Below are positions 6,885 through 16,021 of a DNA stretch of 44,043 nucleotides, one piece after another. The notes under the pieces are model-generated. The model made no database searches, was not told the origin of the DNA, and saw nothing but the letters and a program-made list of their open reading frames with translations. The position numbers and the translations under genes were made by a program. The stretch spans positions 1 to 44,043 of the forward strand of contig JBCDFX010000001.1 in NCBI GenBank assembly GCA_039177155.1. Reading direction: 5' to 3'. Position 1 is the stretch's first letter. Every line of letters begins with the position of its first letter. Origin of the DNA: Cyanobacteria bacterium P01_H01_bin.119 (lineage in GTDB: Bacteria > Cyanobacteriota > Cyanobacteriia > Phormidesmidales > Phormidesmidaceae).

Positions 6885-8603
6885 ATGGAAGATTTGCAAC
6901 ATCCCCTCGGATCTGTGATTCAGGGCTCTCTTAGCCAGGGTTTGGAAGCGCGGCTGCACGCTGATGTCTCTGTGGAAGAGATGCGAGTGGGCAAGTTTTT
7001 GGTGGTGCAGGGGCAGCGATCGCGGTTTTTCTGCATGTTGACCGATGTCACCCTGGGGACGGCTAGCCCGCGAATTTTGGCCAATCCGCCGGCCCCGTCC
7101 AATGTGTTTATGCAGCAGGTGCTGGCGGGGACGGGCACCTATGGCACCATTGCGCTGTCGCCTATGCTGATGTTTACGCCAACGGACGGTGGCAAAGCTG
7201 ACGATCGACCCAAAAAGGGTCAGTCAACGGCAGGGCTGGGCTCTTACTCAGCCCAAAGCAGCGCCAATATTGAACTGCTGCCGGTCAAAACCATTCCCAA
7301 TCACTTTAGCCAGGTGTATGACGCCAGCGATCGCGACTTTCGAGCTGTATTTGGCTGGGAAGATGACCCCCATCGGCGCAATTTTTCCATTGGTCAGCCA
7401 ATCGATATGGAGGTGCCCATTTGCCTAGATTTAGACCGTTTTGTAGAGCGCAGTAACGGCATTTTTGGCAAGTCGGGGACGGGCAAATCGTTTCTGACCC
7501 GGCTGCTGCTCTCAGGGATTATCCGCAAGCGGGCAGCGGTAAATTTGATCTTTGATATGCACTCGGAGTACGGCTGGGAGGCCGTCAGTGAAGGCAAACA
7601 CTTCAGCACCGTAAAAGGGCTGCGCCAACTGTTTCCCGGACAGGTGCAGATGTTTACCCTTGATCCGGAATCGACCCTGCGGCGCGGGGTGCGGGATGCT
7701 CAAGAGCTCTACATCAGTTTTGACCAAATCGACGTGGAAGATTTGACCCTGGTGCGGGAGGAGCTGAATCTGTCGGAGGCCAGCTTAGAGAATGCCATCA
7801 TTTTGCGCAATGAGTTTGGCAAGCACTGGATTAGTCGTCTATTGGCGATGACCAACGAAGAAATCCAGGAGTTTTGCGAAACCAAGATGGGCAGCAAGTC
7901 GTCCATTATGGCGCTGCAGCGCAAGCTAAATCGGCTGGCGGATTTGAAATATATTCGCGGCGCCTGTCCCCACAACTATGTGAGCCAAATTTTAGAGGCC
8001 ATCGACGCCGGGCAGCATGTCATTGTGGAGTTCGGCTCCCAGTCCAATATGCTCTCTTATATGCTGGCAACCAATGTGATTGCCCGCCGCATTCACGCCA
8101 GCTATGTGCGCAAGGCCGACCGGTTTTTGCAGTCCAAAAATCCCAGCGATCGCCCCCAGCCGCTGGTAATCACCATTGAAGAGGCTCACCGGTTTCTCGA
8201 TCCGGCCACGGCCCGCCAAACCATTTTTGGCACCATTGCTCGGGAAATGCGCAAATATTTTGTCACTCTGCTAGTGGTGGATCAGCGGCCTTCGGGTATT
8301 GATAACGAGGTGATGTCCCAAGTAGGCACGCGGATCACCGCCTTGCTTAATGACGAAAAAGATATTGACGCAATTTTTACAGGGGTTTCCGGTGCCCAAA
8401 GCCTGCGATCGGTGTTGGCCAAGCTAGATTCCAAGCAGCAGGCGCTGGTGTTGGGCCATGCCGTACCCATGCCCGTCGTTGTGCGGACTCGGCCCTATGA
8501 TGAGCAGTTTTATGCCGAAATTGGCGATACCGCCTGGGAAAACCTGCCTAACGCGGCGATATTTGAAGCAGCCGCGGCGGCAAAAGCCGATTTGGGGTTC
8601 TAA
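6885..8603 (+). CDS. HerA/FtsK-superfamily P-loop ATPase (DUF87/HerA-like)
   Basis: 572 aa. It has an N-terminal barrel-like region, a Walker A motif (GIFGKSGTGKSF), a Walker B motif (PLVITIEEAHRF), and VVDQRPS, which is characteristic of HerA-type ATPases. Confidence 0.7.
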   Translation: MEDLQHPLGSVIQGSLSQGLEARLHADVSVEEMRVGKFLVVQGQRSRFFCMLTDVTLGTASPRILANPPAPSNVFMQQVLAGTGTYGTIALSPMLMFTPTDGGKADDRPKKGQSTAGLGSYSAQSSANIELLPVKTIPNHFSQVYDASDRDFRAVFGWEDDPHRRNFSIGQPIDMEVPICLDLDRFVERSNGIFGKSGTGKSFLTRLLLSGIIRKRAAVNLIFDMHSEYGWEAVSEGKHFSTVKGLRQLFPGQVQMFTLDPESTLRRGVRDAQELYISFDQIDVEDLTLVREELNLSEASLENAIILRNEFGKHWISRLLAMTNEEIQEFCETKMGSKSSIMALQRKLNRLADLKYIRGACPHNYVSQILEAIDAGQHVIVEFGSQSNMLSYMLATNVIARRIHASYVRKADRFLQSKNPSDRPQPLVITIEEAHRFLDPATARQTIFGTIAREMRKYFVTLLVVDQRPSGIDNEVMSQVGTRITALLNDEKDIDAIFTGVSGAQSLRSVLAKLDSKQQALVLGHAVPMPVVVRTRPYDEQFYAEIGDTAWENLPNAAIFEAAAAAKADLGF

Positions 8604-9032
8604 GCTGCATTCTTCAGCGAGTTTCAGTAATTTTTTGGTTTCAGTAATTTTATAGATTGCTGCTTTAAGAAGTTGATCTTAAAGTAAAGACAGTTTAAGC
8701 CAAATCCGATTTGAACCCTGGAGTTTTAGCTGAGAAAGAACTGTAACTCTGGATATGGACGTGGTTTAAAGCGCTGGCCGGAATGTAGCAGGCGAACCTG
8801 CACCTGGCTTTGCTGATTTTAAATACGAGGCTTTTTCCAATGCAGTACCATCGTAAACACTGTCGGACTCGAATTATTTGCAACAGCCTGCTGCTGGTGA
8901 CGATCGCGATCGCTACCACCTATATACTGGACAGTGTCAGATTATCGACGACGGACGGCACGGCAAGGTATCAGAGACTCCAGCGTTTGGCCTGGTACGG
9001 CGTTGTGATCAACGGCAACCGATAGAGATGAG

Positions 9033-9464
9033 ATGACCTACGCCAATACCAAAACCCTACTCAAAATTTTGATCGGCACGGCTTGGATTGACGGAGAAAT
9101 TCAGCCCGAAGAACGACACCACCTAAACCGAATCGCTGCCGATGCCGAGCTAGCTGACGACGACGATATTAAAGCGCTGCTACAGGGCTCAGTAAAAGTG
9201 ACTCCCCAGCACTGCTATGGCTGGGTGCAAGCCTATCTCGGCTCCGACCCCACAGCTGATAACTGCCGTCAGCTTATGGAATCGATTAGTGCCTTGGTTT
9301 ATAGCGATGGCGTAGTGGATTTGGAAGAGGCCAAACTGCTGAATCACTTGCAAACGGTTAGCCTGGGCGGCAATACCCCGCAGTCTCAGAACTCAGAAGC
9401 CGTTGCCAAAGGTGTTATCAGCTCCTTAAGGCAGTTTTATCGCAGTTTAGTGACGCAGAAATAG
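9033..9464 (+). CDS. TerB-like (tellurite-resistance TerB fold) protein
   Basis: 143 aa. The pattern LKILIGTAWIDGEIQPEERHHLNRIA ... ALVYSDGVVDLEEAKLLNHL is the two-repeat [AD]DG.[IV]...E...L pattern of TerB-family proteins. Confidence 0.6.
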   Translation: MTYANTKTLLKILIGTAWIDGEIQPEERHHLNRIAADAELADDDDIKALLQGSVKVTPQHCYGWVQAYLGSDPTADNCRQLMESISALVYSDGVVDLEEAKLLNHLQTVSLGGNTPQSQNSEAVAKGVISSLRQFYRSLVTQK

Positions 9465-9471
9465 CCGCGCT

Positions 9472-10101
9472 TTAGCCAGCCGCCGTAGGGAAAGAGGAAT
9501 AGAGCGTAATAACATTGCGCGATCGCGTAATATTGCCCATCGACTCTAGCCGGCTTAAGGCGCGAGAGAGTGTTTCTGGCGTTAAGCCTAGATCTGCGGC
9601 GATGTCTTTGAAAGGATACTCTAGCTCAATCACCGTACTGCCCGTAATCTCTGGCGGGCTCAAATTGACCAGGTAATACCGCAAGCGGTCGTGGGCTGCC
9701 CGCACATCCCGCAGTCCGTGCTGAAAACTCAGCGTGTGCAGTTGGACCGCAAGCTGCTCCATTACGGCGATGGCCAAAGCACCGTGAGTCCGGAGCGTGG
9801 GCAAGAGAGAAAATTTGGGATAGACCTGCACCTGGGTGGGCTTAGTGGCGATCGCACTGCAGCGGTGCTGAGTTTCAAACAGCGCCCAGGGAGCAACCCA
9901 TTCGCCTGGTTTAACCATTCCCAGGGTAAAGCTATGATTCTCGTCAATGTAGCGAACGAGCTTAAGCCGCCCGCCCATCAGCAAGAACCCATCTGCGGTG
10001 GTACCGCCTTGATGAAATAGGGTTTGATCGACCATCAGCGATCGCGTGGTCACCATCGCGCCGAGTTCGGGCGGCAGCGTCCCAGGTTGAAAAATATTCA
10101 T
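9472..10101 (-). CDS. Crp/Fnr family transcriptional regulator
   Basis: It has a cNMP-binding-like beta-roll and a C-terminal HTH (IAADLGLTPETLSRALSRLE). I chose the ATG at 10101 (MNIFQPG...); the ORF track extends to 10146. Confidence 0.75.
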   Translation of the reverse strand: MNIFQPGTLPPELGAMVTTRSLMVDQTLFHQGGTTADGFLLMGGRLKLVRYIDENHSFTLGMVKPGEWVAPWALFETQHRCSAIATKPTQVQVYPKFSLLPTLRTHGALAIAVMEQLAVQLHTLSFQHGLRDVRAAHDRLRYYLVNLSPPEITGSTVIELEYPFKDIAADLGLTPETLSRALSRLESMGNITRSRNVITLYSSFPTAAG

Positions 10102-10235
10102 GGGTCTACTTAAAAATGAAACTGAAAAACTGGAAGGTTTGGCCACGTCAAAACAGCCATGCCGCGCTGTCCATTTTGGAACGATAGGTCAAAAATATGG
10201 CCTAACCAATCCCGCCCCATAGCCGTCGCCAGCCT

Positions 10236-10313
10236 GGTCGAGGCAATATAACGCGTCAGATTGCCAGTGAAATTAGCAGATTTCAAACGCTGGGTGCTCT
10301 CAGCAATCTGGCT
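10236..10313 (+). repeat. Intergenic hairpin repeat, copy 2 (plus orientation, divergent interior)
   Basis: GCGTCAGATTGCC...CGCTGGGTGCTCTCAGCAATCTGG keeps the TCAGATTGC / GCAATCTG arms and the CTGGGTGC core. Confidence 0.55.
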
Positions 10314-10398
10314 GGTGCTGCTGCGGGCGGGGAGATAGGGCAATCTGCTTAAAAGACGTTGCTATGGCAACATTTCGGTCTCTAACTGACGACAGCTC

Positions 10399-10746
10399 CT
10401 ATGCAGCGGCTTTGTCGAGCAGAGCGTTGAGCTTGGCCGCGATCGCCCCTTGAGACACGATGCCAGAAACGTGCTCTACAACTTGACCATCTTTGAAAAA
10501 GAGCAGGGTTGGAAGGGCTCTAATGTGATAGTCGAGCGCCAGCTGCTCTTGATCGTCAGCGTCTACTTTGCCGACTTTAGCCACGCCGTCAAACTCCGCC
10601 GCGATCGCGCTAATCACCGGATTCATAATCCGACAGGGACCGCACCAAGCCGCCCAAAAATCCACAATAATGGGGACTTTGCTGTGCAGCACTTCGGCTT
10701 CAAAATTATCGACCGTTAGGTGAATGGGTGGGATATCAGTATTCAT
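10399..10746 (-). CDS. Thioredoxin
   Basis: 115 aa with a WCGPC active site in the canonical context (DFWAAWCGPCRIMNP). Confidence 0.9.
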   Translation of the reverse strand: MNTDIPPIHLTVDNFEAEVLHSKVPIIVDFWAAWCGPCRIMNPVISAIAAEFDGVAKVGKVDADDQEQLALDYHIRALPTLLFFKDGQVVEHVSGIVSQGAIAAKLNALLDKAAA

Positions 10747-10787
10747 CAGAACCCTCCTTGTATTGGTTTGAACTGCATTAATTTGAA

Positions 10788-11444
10788 CTACGCTTTAACA
10801 GGAAGCTGCCTGAGCACGTCAACAACGGTTTTGGGCTCTTCTCGTTTGGTGTAGTCGGCGTTGACAAAGGCATGAACCACCGTCCCGTCGGTGTTCACAA
10901 CGTAGGTGGCTGGAACGGGCAGCTCAAAAGTTTGATCGCCATTATGCCTGGGCACGTCAATGCCAAAGTTTTCATAAATGGGCCGCAGACTTTCAGGCAG
11001 GGCAAAGACCAGGCCTAGCTCACGGGCAACCTGATTGCCTCGATCGCTCAATACCTCAAATTCCAGCTCGTTCTTTTCAGTGGTAGATAGAGAGCTGTCG
11101 GGCGTTTCCGGAGTAATGGCAACTAAAGTGGCACCTAGGGACTTAATCTCCGGCAGCGCCTGTTGATAAGCTCGCAGCTCTAAATTGCAGTAGGGGCACC
11201 ACCCGCCGCGGTAAAAGGTAATCACAATCGGTCCCTTAGCCAGCAGGGCCTGGAGATCAACGATCTTGCCGGTGGCGTTGGGCAACGCGATTGCCGGTAG
11301 GGTATCGCCCCTGTTCAGACTTCGATTGACGATGCCGGAATTTGCCAGATCTTCTGTGGCCTGGGCCATCGTGGCAGTGACCTCGCTGGGCAACTGGGCT
11401 CGATTCTCCTCTAGGCGCTGGGCTAGTTGTTCACTTAGGCTCAT
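10788..11444 (-). CDS. Peroxiredoxin-like (AhpC/TSA / redoxin family) protein
   Basis: 218 aa. It has a thioredoxin fold with FYRGGWCPYCNLELRAYQ. Confidence 0.75.
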   Translation of the reverse strand: MSLSEQLAQRLEENRAQLPSEVTATMAQATEDLANSGIVNRSLNRGDTLPAIALPNATGKIVDLQALLAKGPIVITFYRGGWCPYCNLELRAYQQALPEIKSLGATLVAITPETPDSSLSTTEKNELEFEVLSDRGNQVARELGLVFALPESLRPIYENFGIDVPRHNGDQTFELPVPATYVVNTDGTVVHAFVNADYTKREEPKTVVDVLRQLPVKA

Positions 11445-11466
11445 CGGTGTTTCTCAATTGCTACAG

Positions 11467-11484
11467 TTCTATTTTGGAATAGAA
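11467..11484. promoter_or_regulatory. Candidate operator: inverted repeat TTCTATT-TTGG-AATAGAA between the TetR gene and the peroxiredoxin-like gene
   Basis: A perfect 7-4-7 palindrome that starts 23 nt upstream of the prx-like ATG (11444). It is nested inside a longer imperfect stem (11453-11462 / 11502-11512). Confidence 0.3.
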
Positions 11485-11563
11485 ATTCTAAAATTTATGA
11501 GAGCAATCTGAGTGCACCGTCAAAATCGGATGTGATTCGCCAGAGTTAGCTTAATCAAACGCT

Positions 11564-12142
11564 TTACAGCACGCTTAAAATCACGGTGACGCTGTCTTGA
11601 ATAGCAATGGGATCAGGAGACAGTTTAGCCATTACCTGTAGCCCCTGCATGGCGGTTGTAAAGTAGCGCGCCAGGGCGCGGATGTCTTTGTCGGGGCTGA
11701 TTTCTTCACGATCTTGTGCCCGCAGCAGGGCGCAGAAAAAGGCGTCTTCAATCCGCTGTAAATTGGCCTTGGTTTGAGCGGCGATAGCATCGTCCTGGCT
11801 GCTGAGTTCAACGATAGTGTTGGTCATCAGGCAGCCCCGCCACCCCTCGGCGCTGGCAATTTGCTGGGCAATCCACCAGAAATGATCTTCAATCGCTTGG
11901 CGAGATGCTTCCGGGGTCTTTAGCCGCTCTAACATTGTTTTGCTTAGGGTTTGGCGGTAATGGGCGATCGCCTGGAGAAATAGCTGACGCTTGTCTTCAA
12001 AAGTGTCGTAGAGACTGCCCCGGTTGATGCCCATGGCCGTCACCAAGTCAGTCATCGAGGTAGCCTCATAGCCTTTTTGCCAAAAGACCTCCATTGCTTT
12101 TTCCAAAACCGCCGTCTGGTTAAAAGATTTCTGACGCGCCAT
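11564..12142 (-). CDS. TetR/AcrR family transcriptional regulator
   Basis: 192 aa with an N-terminal HTH (GYEATSMTDLVTAMGINRGSLYDTFEDK). Confidence 0.85.
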   Translation of the reverse strand: MARQKSFNQTAVLEKAMEVFWQKGYEATSMTDLVTAMGINRGSLYDTFEDKRQLFLQAIAHYRQTLSKTMLERLKTPEASRQAIEDHFWWIAQQIASAEGWRGCLMTNTIVELSSQDDAIAAQTKANLQRIEDAFFCALLRAQDREEISPDKDIRALARYFTTAMQGLQVMAKLSPDPIAIQDSVTVILSVL

Positions 12143-12219
12143 GGCAATCTACAGGCTTAACTTACGCTGCTTGTTCGATCCTCAATGTAGCAATTCTGGA
12201 ATGCTTATTTCGCTCTATA

Positions 12220-12648
12220 TCAGCCGCCCCCGTAAATCCACCAGCTTGTGCCCAGCCCCGCTAGGGGAATCCCGGCGAGGGCCAGAAACGATACGGCGCT
12301 CCCCAGCTCCATTGCTAGCAAATCAACTCGTACCAGCAGAGCGGCAGCCACCATGACCATCAGATAGGCAAATATCTGCACCCAGGCCAGCGCCGCCACC
12401 GCTAAGGAGGCCAGCGCCAGTACCATCACGAAGTAGCCCGTATCAGACTGGAACCCCAGCAGCACAAACGCCCGCGCCTGTCGCCACACCAGGCTCAGCA
12501 CGCCCGCTAGCCCCAGGGCAAACGCCACCGCTAGCCCCCAGCCGAGATGGGACGCACCATGGGAATTTAGAAACCAGCCAAAGGTGATATAAGCTATCCA
12601 AAGCAGCAAAAATGAAAGCCAGCGGCGCTGAATCATAGCAATTTGCAA
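12220..12648 (-). CDS. Hypothetical integral membrane protein (about 4 TM helices)
   Basis: 142 aa and strongly hydrophobic. Its start lies 7 nt after the end of the upstream NIL-ferredoxin ORF. Confidence 0.55.
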   Translation of the reverse strand: MQIAMIQRRWLSFLLLWIAYITFGWFLNSHGASHLGWGLAVAFALGLAGVLSLVWRQARAFVLLGFQSDTGYFVMVLALASLAVAALAWVQIFAYLMVMVAAALLVRVDLLAMELGSAVSFLALAGIPLAGLGTSWWIYGGG

Positions 12649-12654
12649 TGTTCC

Positions 12655-13059
12655 TCAAAGATTGGTTGAAATAGCCTGCACCGGGCAGGTCGGAATGCAC
12701 TGTTCGCATACGACGCAGCGCGATCGCGTAAACGTTAGCTTAAAACTGTCCGGTGCCAGGGTAAGCGCTTCTGTCGGACATACCCCGGTACAGAGCCCGC
12801 AGTGAACGCACAAATCCTCGTCAATCAAAATTTCTCGGCTGGCAACAGCAATACCGATGCCCTGATGCTGTAGCCAGTCGATTGAGGCATCCAGCTGGTC
12901 AATATCCCCCGACAGTTCTACCACCAGTTTGCCGATTTGGTTAGGTGCCACCTGGGCCCGAATAATATTTGCCGCGACGTTAAAGTCTTTTGCCAATCGG
13001 TAAGTGATGGGCATGTGCACCGATCGCTTGGGAAATGTCAAAGTAACCCGTTTCTTCAC
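12655..13059 (-). CDS. NIL-domain / 2x[4Fe-4S] ferredoxin-domain protein
   Basis: 134 aa. An N-terminal NIL-like domain (PITYRLAKDFNVAANIIRAQV) is followed by CVHCGLCTGVCP and CVVCEQCIPTCP cluster motifs. Confidence 0.8.
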   Translation of the reverse strand: MKKRVTLTFPKRSVHMPITYRLAKDFNVAANIIRAQVAPNQIGKLVVELSGDIDQLDASIDWLQHQGIGIAVASREILIDEDLCVHCGLCTGVCPTEALTLAPDSFKLTFTRSRCVVCEQCIPTCPVQAISTNL

Positions 13060-13298
13060 AATCTGTCCTCGAAGAAAGCATTTTTTAAGCGCTTATTTTC
13101 CATTTTCACCTTGATGAAATCCAATTCATTTTCATCTTGGCGAAGTCCAGGATGAAATCCGGGGGCGTCTGTGCAGTATCCCTTAAAATCGCTGATTCAG
13201 TTCCGCTACACTAAAAACAGCGCAGATTGGCCTGTAGCCCCTTAAGCTGCTCTGGTCAAAGCGTGTTCTTCTATTGTGAAACCATTTACTGTGAAACT

Positions 13299-13973
13299 AT
13301 GGCGCTAAAGACGCCTAACCCAAATGAGCCTGCTTCCCAAGACGAAGCGGCAAACTCCGTCCCCGCTCGGGCCAACCCTGCTGGTGAGCAGTCGCTGCGA
13401 TCGCCCTCAACCTCGCCTCCCTCAGTAGCGAACTGGGGGACTCAGCTTCGCAATTTGGTAATTGTGGCTGTGGCCACCGTGCTAACGGTGGCTGTGGTGC
13501 TGGGGTTTCAGACCCAGACGCCTTCAGCTTCCCTAGGCGAGCTAGCCGAGGCGGCGGTGCCTTTGGAAACGGCCCTAGCCAACGGCCAGCCCACGCTAAT
13601 GGAGTTTTACGCCAACTGGTGCACCAGCTGTCAGGCGATGGCACCCGATATGGCTGAGCTGCGATCGCGCTTTGGCGACCAGATTAACTTTGTCATGCTA
13701 AATGTAGACAACAGCAAATGGCTGCCCGAAATGCTCCACTACCGGGTAGATGGCATTCCTCATTTTGTCTATTTAGATGGCGACGGGGCCTCGGTGGCCT
13801 CAGTGATTGGCGAGCAGCCCAAAGTCGTTATTGCCGCCAATATTGCCGCCCTAATCGATCAGTCTCCCCTGCCCTACGCTCAAGTCATCGGACAGACCTC
13901 TGATATCGAGGCACCCCTAAATCCGACTCGATCGGACGATCCGCGCGGTCACAGCGCTCAGGTGGTCAACTAG
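13299..13973 (+). CDS. Membrane-anchored thioredoxin-like protein (TlpA/HCF164/TxlA-like)
   Basis: It has a TM anchor (LVIVAVATVLTVAVVLGF) and a thioredoxin fold with WCTSC (EFYANWCTSCQAMAP). I chose the ATG at 13299; the ORF track starts at 13227. Confidence 0.75.
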   Translation: MALKTPNPNEPASQDEAANSVPARANPAGEQSLRSPSTSPPSVANWGTQLRNLVIVAVATVLTVAVVLGFQTQTPSASLGELAEAAVPLETALANGQPTLMEFYANWCTSCQAMAPDMAELRSRFGDQINFVMLNVDNSKWLPEMLHYRVDGIPHFVYLDGDGASVASVIGEQPKVVIAANIAALIDQSPLPYAQVIGQTSDIEAPLNPTRSDDPRGHSAQVVN

Positions 13974-13979
13974 CGCAAA

Positions 13980-15134
13980 CTAAGTGTCCAAAGGCTTTGC
14001 GCGGGGCTCCACCGTACCCTGAATCAGACTCGCTAAGCGCTCAGCGCTATCGAGGATGGCCAGCGCCCCGGCAGCGTCCGCCATGGCCTGTCGCTTGGCG
14101 GAATCGCCCAATAGGTCCAGCACTTTTATCTGGAGCTGCTCGCCCTCCAAATCCGCTTGGGAGCAAACGCTGGCCGCTCCTGCAGCAGCAAATACCGCCG
14201 CATTATAAGACTGATGGTCTTCGGCGGCAAAAGGATAGGGAATCAAAATTGCGGGCGTGCGGGTCACAGCCAGTTCGGTTAGGGTTCCAGCACCGGCCCG
14301 GCTAATGGCTAAATCTGCCCGCTGTAGCAGGGGCGCGACGGCGTTAAAAAACGGCTGATGAATATAGTGGGGATGGCTGAAGCTATCGGCATTCGGGTCA
14401 TTTTCACCTGTTTGGTGAATAATCCACGCCCCCGCCGCTACCCATGCTGGCGCTGCCGCTCGCACTAATTTATTGACTGCTACAGCCCCCTGACTGCCGC
14501 CAATCACCAAAATCACCTTGGCATCAGCGGGAATCTTAGGTAGCTCAATGCTGCCTGCTGTTTCGGGGTCACCTGCTTTGTTGGAGTCACCCGCTTCACT
14601 GGGGACGGTTGGGATTGCGGGCGATAAAAACTGCGATCGCACCGGGGTTCCAACGCTGACGCGGCGATTGGCCTTGGGCAGACGTAAGGCAGCATCTTCA
14701 AAGCCCAGGGCTACCGTCGTACACCAGGGGCTTAGCCAGCGGGTCACTTTTCCGGGGAGCGCATTAGACTCGTGCAAAACCGTCGGCAGTCCCAAACTCC
14801 GGGCCGCCAAAATCGCAGGAGCCGCAATGTAGCCACCCGTGGTAAAAACGCCGTGAAACTGGTTTTGTTTCAGCAGTTGGCGAACCTGAAAAACCGCCTT
14901 CGTCAACTGCACCATCAGCCGAGCGCTGCCCAGGCCCATAGGCCCCTGAAACCCACCCAGACTGACAGTGTGCAAAGGATAGTCAGCAGGCACCAGCTGG
15001 GTTTCGAGACGGTTGGGCACTCCCAGCCACTCGATGGTATAGCCGGGGAGATGCTGGGCCGTCGCGATCGCCGGAAACAGATGGCCTCCGGTGCCGCTGG
15101 CTGCAATCAAAAGCTTAGGGATCTGTGCGCCCAA
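13980..15134 (-). CDS. murG: UDP-N-acetylglucosamine--N-acetylmuramyl-(pentapeptide) pyrophosphoryl-undecaprenol GlcNAc transferase
   Basis: 384 aa. It carries the N-terminal G-loop LLIAASGTGGHLFPAIA and the C-terminal motifs GGSQGA and SRAGAGTLTELA. Confidence 0.9.
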   Translation of the reverse strand: MGAQIPKLLIAASGTGGHLFPAIATAQHLPGYTIEWLGVPNRLETQLVPADYPLHTVSLGGFQGPMGLGSARLMVQLTKAVFQVRQLLKQNQFHGVFTTGGYIAAPAILAARSLGLPTVLHESNALPGKVTRWLSPWCTTVALGFEDAALRLPKANRRVSVGTPVRSQFLSPAIPTVPSEAGDSNKAGDPETAGSIELPKIPADAKVILVIGGSQGAVAVNKLVRAAAPAWVAAGAWIIHQTGENDPNADSFSHPHYIHQPFFNAVAPLLQRADLAISRAGAGTLTELAVTRTPAILIPYPFAAEDHQSYNAAVFAAAGAASVCSQADLEGEQLQIKVLDLLGDSAKRQAMADAAGALAILDSAERLASLIQGTVEPRAKPLDT

Positions 15135-15227
15135 TGTGTGACACTTCTCCGAATATTTTGCTAGAACCTTAACATCACATGGCCAACAACAGGTTACTTT
15201 TGTTCTTAGATCTTATAGAGGTTTTCT

Positions 15228-16004
15228 ATGGCGAGTTTGCGCCCGCTGCGACGTCCGATTTACGCCCTGCTGCTGAGTTTGGCCCTGGGCTGGGCTACAC
15301 CTCAAATGGCCAAAGCAGACTCGCCAGAGACGGCTCCGTCTGAGCTAACCACTGCCCTTAGCGCCATTACCGATGCTGCCGAAGCCGAAGACCTAGATGG
15401 GGTAATGGCATACTACAGCCCCAGTTTTGTCCACGCCGACGGCTTTGACCAAGCTAGCTACGCAGAAGCGTTAGAGCAATTTTGGTCTGCCTATGACGGC
15501 CTCTCCTACCGGGTAGAGATTCAGTCCTGGGAGCGGGATGGCAGCGCCATTGTGGCCGAAACTATCACCTACGTCAGCGGACAGCAAATCAGCGGTAATA
15601 TAGCGGCGTTAGAGTCTGTGGTGCGATCGCGCCAGCGCTTTGAAAACGGCCAGATTGTCTTTCAGGAAGTATTAGCCGAGCGAAACCAGCTTACTGCAGG
15701 CATTACTCCCCCTAATGTGACCATACAGCTGCCTGAAGAGGTCAGCCTTGGCGATGAATTTAACTTTGACGCCATTGTGGAAGAACCCCTGGGCAATCGC
15801 CTGCTAATTGGGGCCGCAATCGATGAAGGCGTTACCAGCGAGGACTTTTTTGAAGGCCGTCCCCTCGACCTAGACTTGCTCTCTGCCGGCGGGCTCTTTA
15901 AAGTTGGCAATGCTCCGGAGGCCGAAGACGACCGCTGGATATCTGCTCTGCTTATCCGTGAAGACGGGCTGATTGTGATCACCCGGCGACTGCGCGTGCG
16001 CTAG
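15228..16004 (+). CDS. Hypothetical exported protein with an NTF2/SnoaL-like N-terminal domain
   Basis: 258 aa. It has a signal peptide (LLLSLALGWATPQMAKA) and a DUF4440-like segment (LDGVMAYYSPSFVHADG...). Confidence 0.5.
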   Translation: MASLRPLRRPIYALLLSLALGWATPQMAKADSPETAPSELTTALSAITDAAEAEDLDGVMAYYSPSFVHADGFDQASYAEALEQFWSAYDGLSYRVEIQSWERDGSAIVAETITYVSGQQISGNIAALESVVRSRQRFENGQIVFQEVLAERNQLTAGITPPNVTIQLPEEVSLGDEFNFDAIVEEPLGNRLLIGAAIDEGVTSEDFFEGRPLDLDLLSAGGLFKVGNAPEAEDDRWISALLIREDGLIVITRRLRVR

Positions 16005-16021
16005 CCTGGCGGCGTCGACCT

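Noticed and set aside
8700-8735. tRNA T-arm-like GGTTCAAATC on the minus strand
   Set aside because: The flanking bases do not form the 5-bp T-stem, and no acceptor or anticodon arms could be built. It is not a tRNA. I found no tRNA or rRNA gene anywhere in the window.
12443-12709. 88-aa ORF bridging the NIL-ferredoxin and membrane-protein genes
   Set aside because: It overlaps both better-supported same-strand ORFs in another frame and has Gly/Ala/Pro-rich junk composition.
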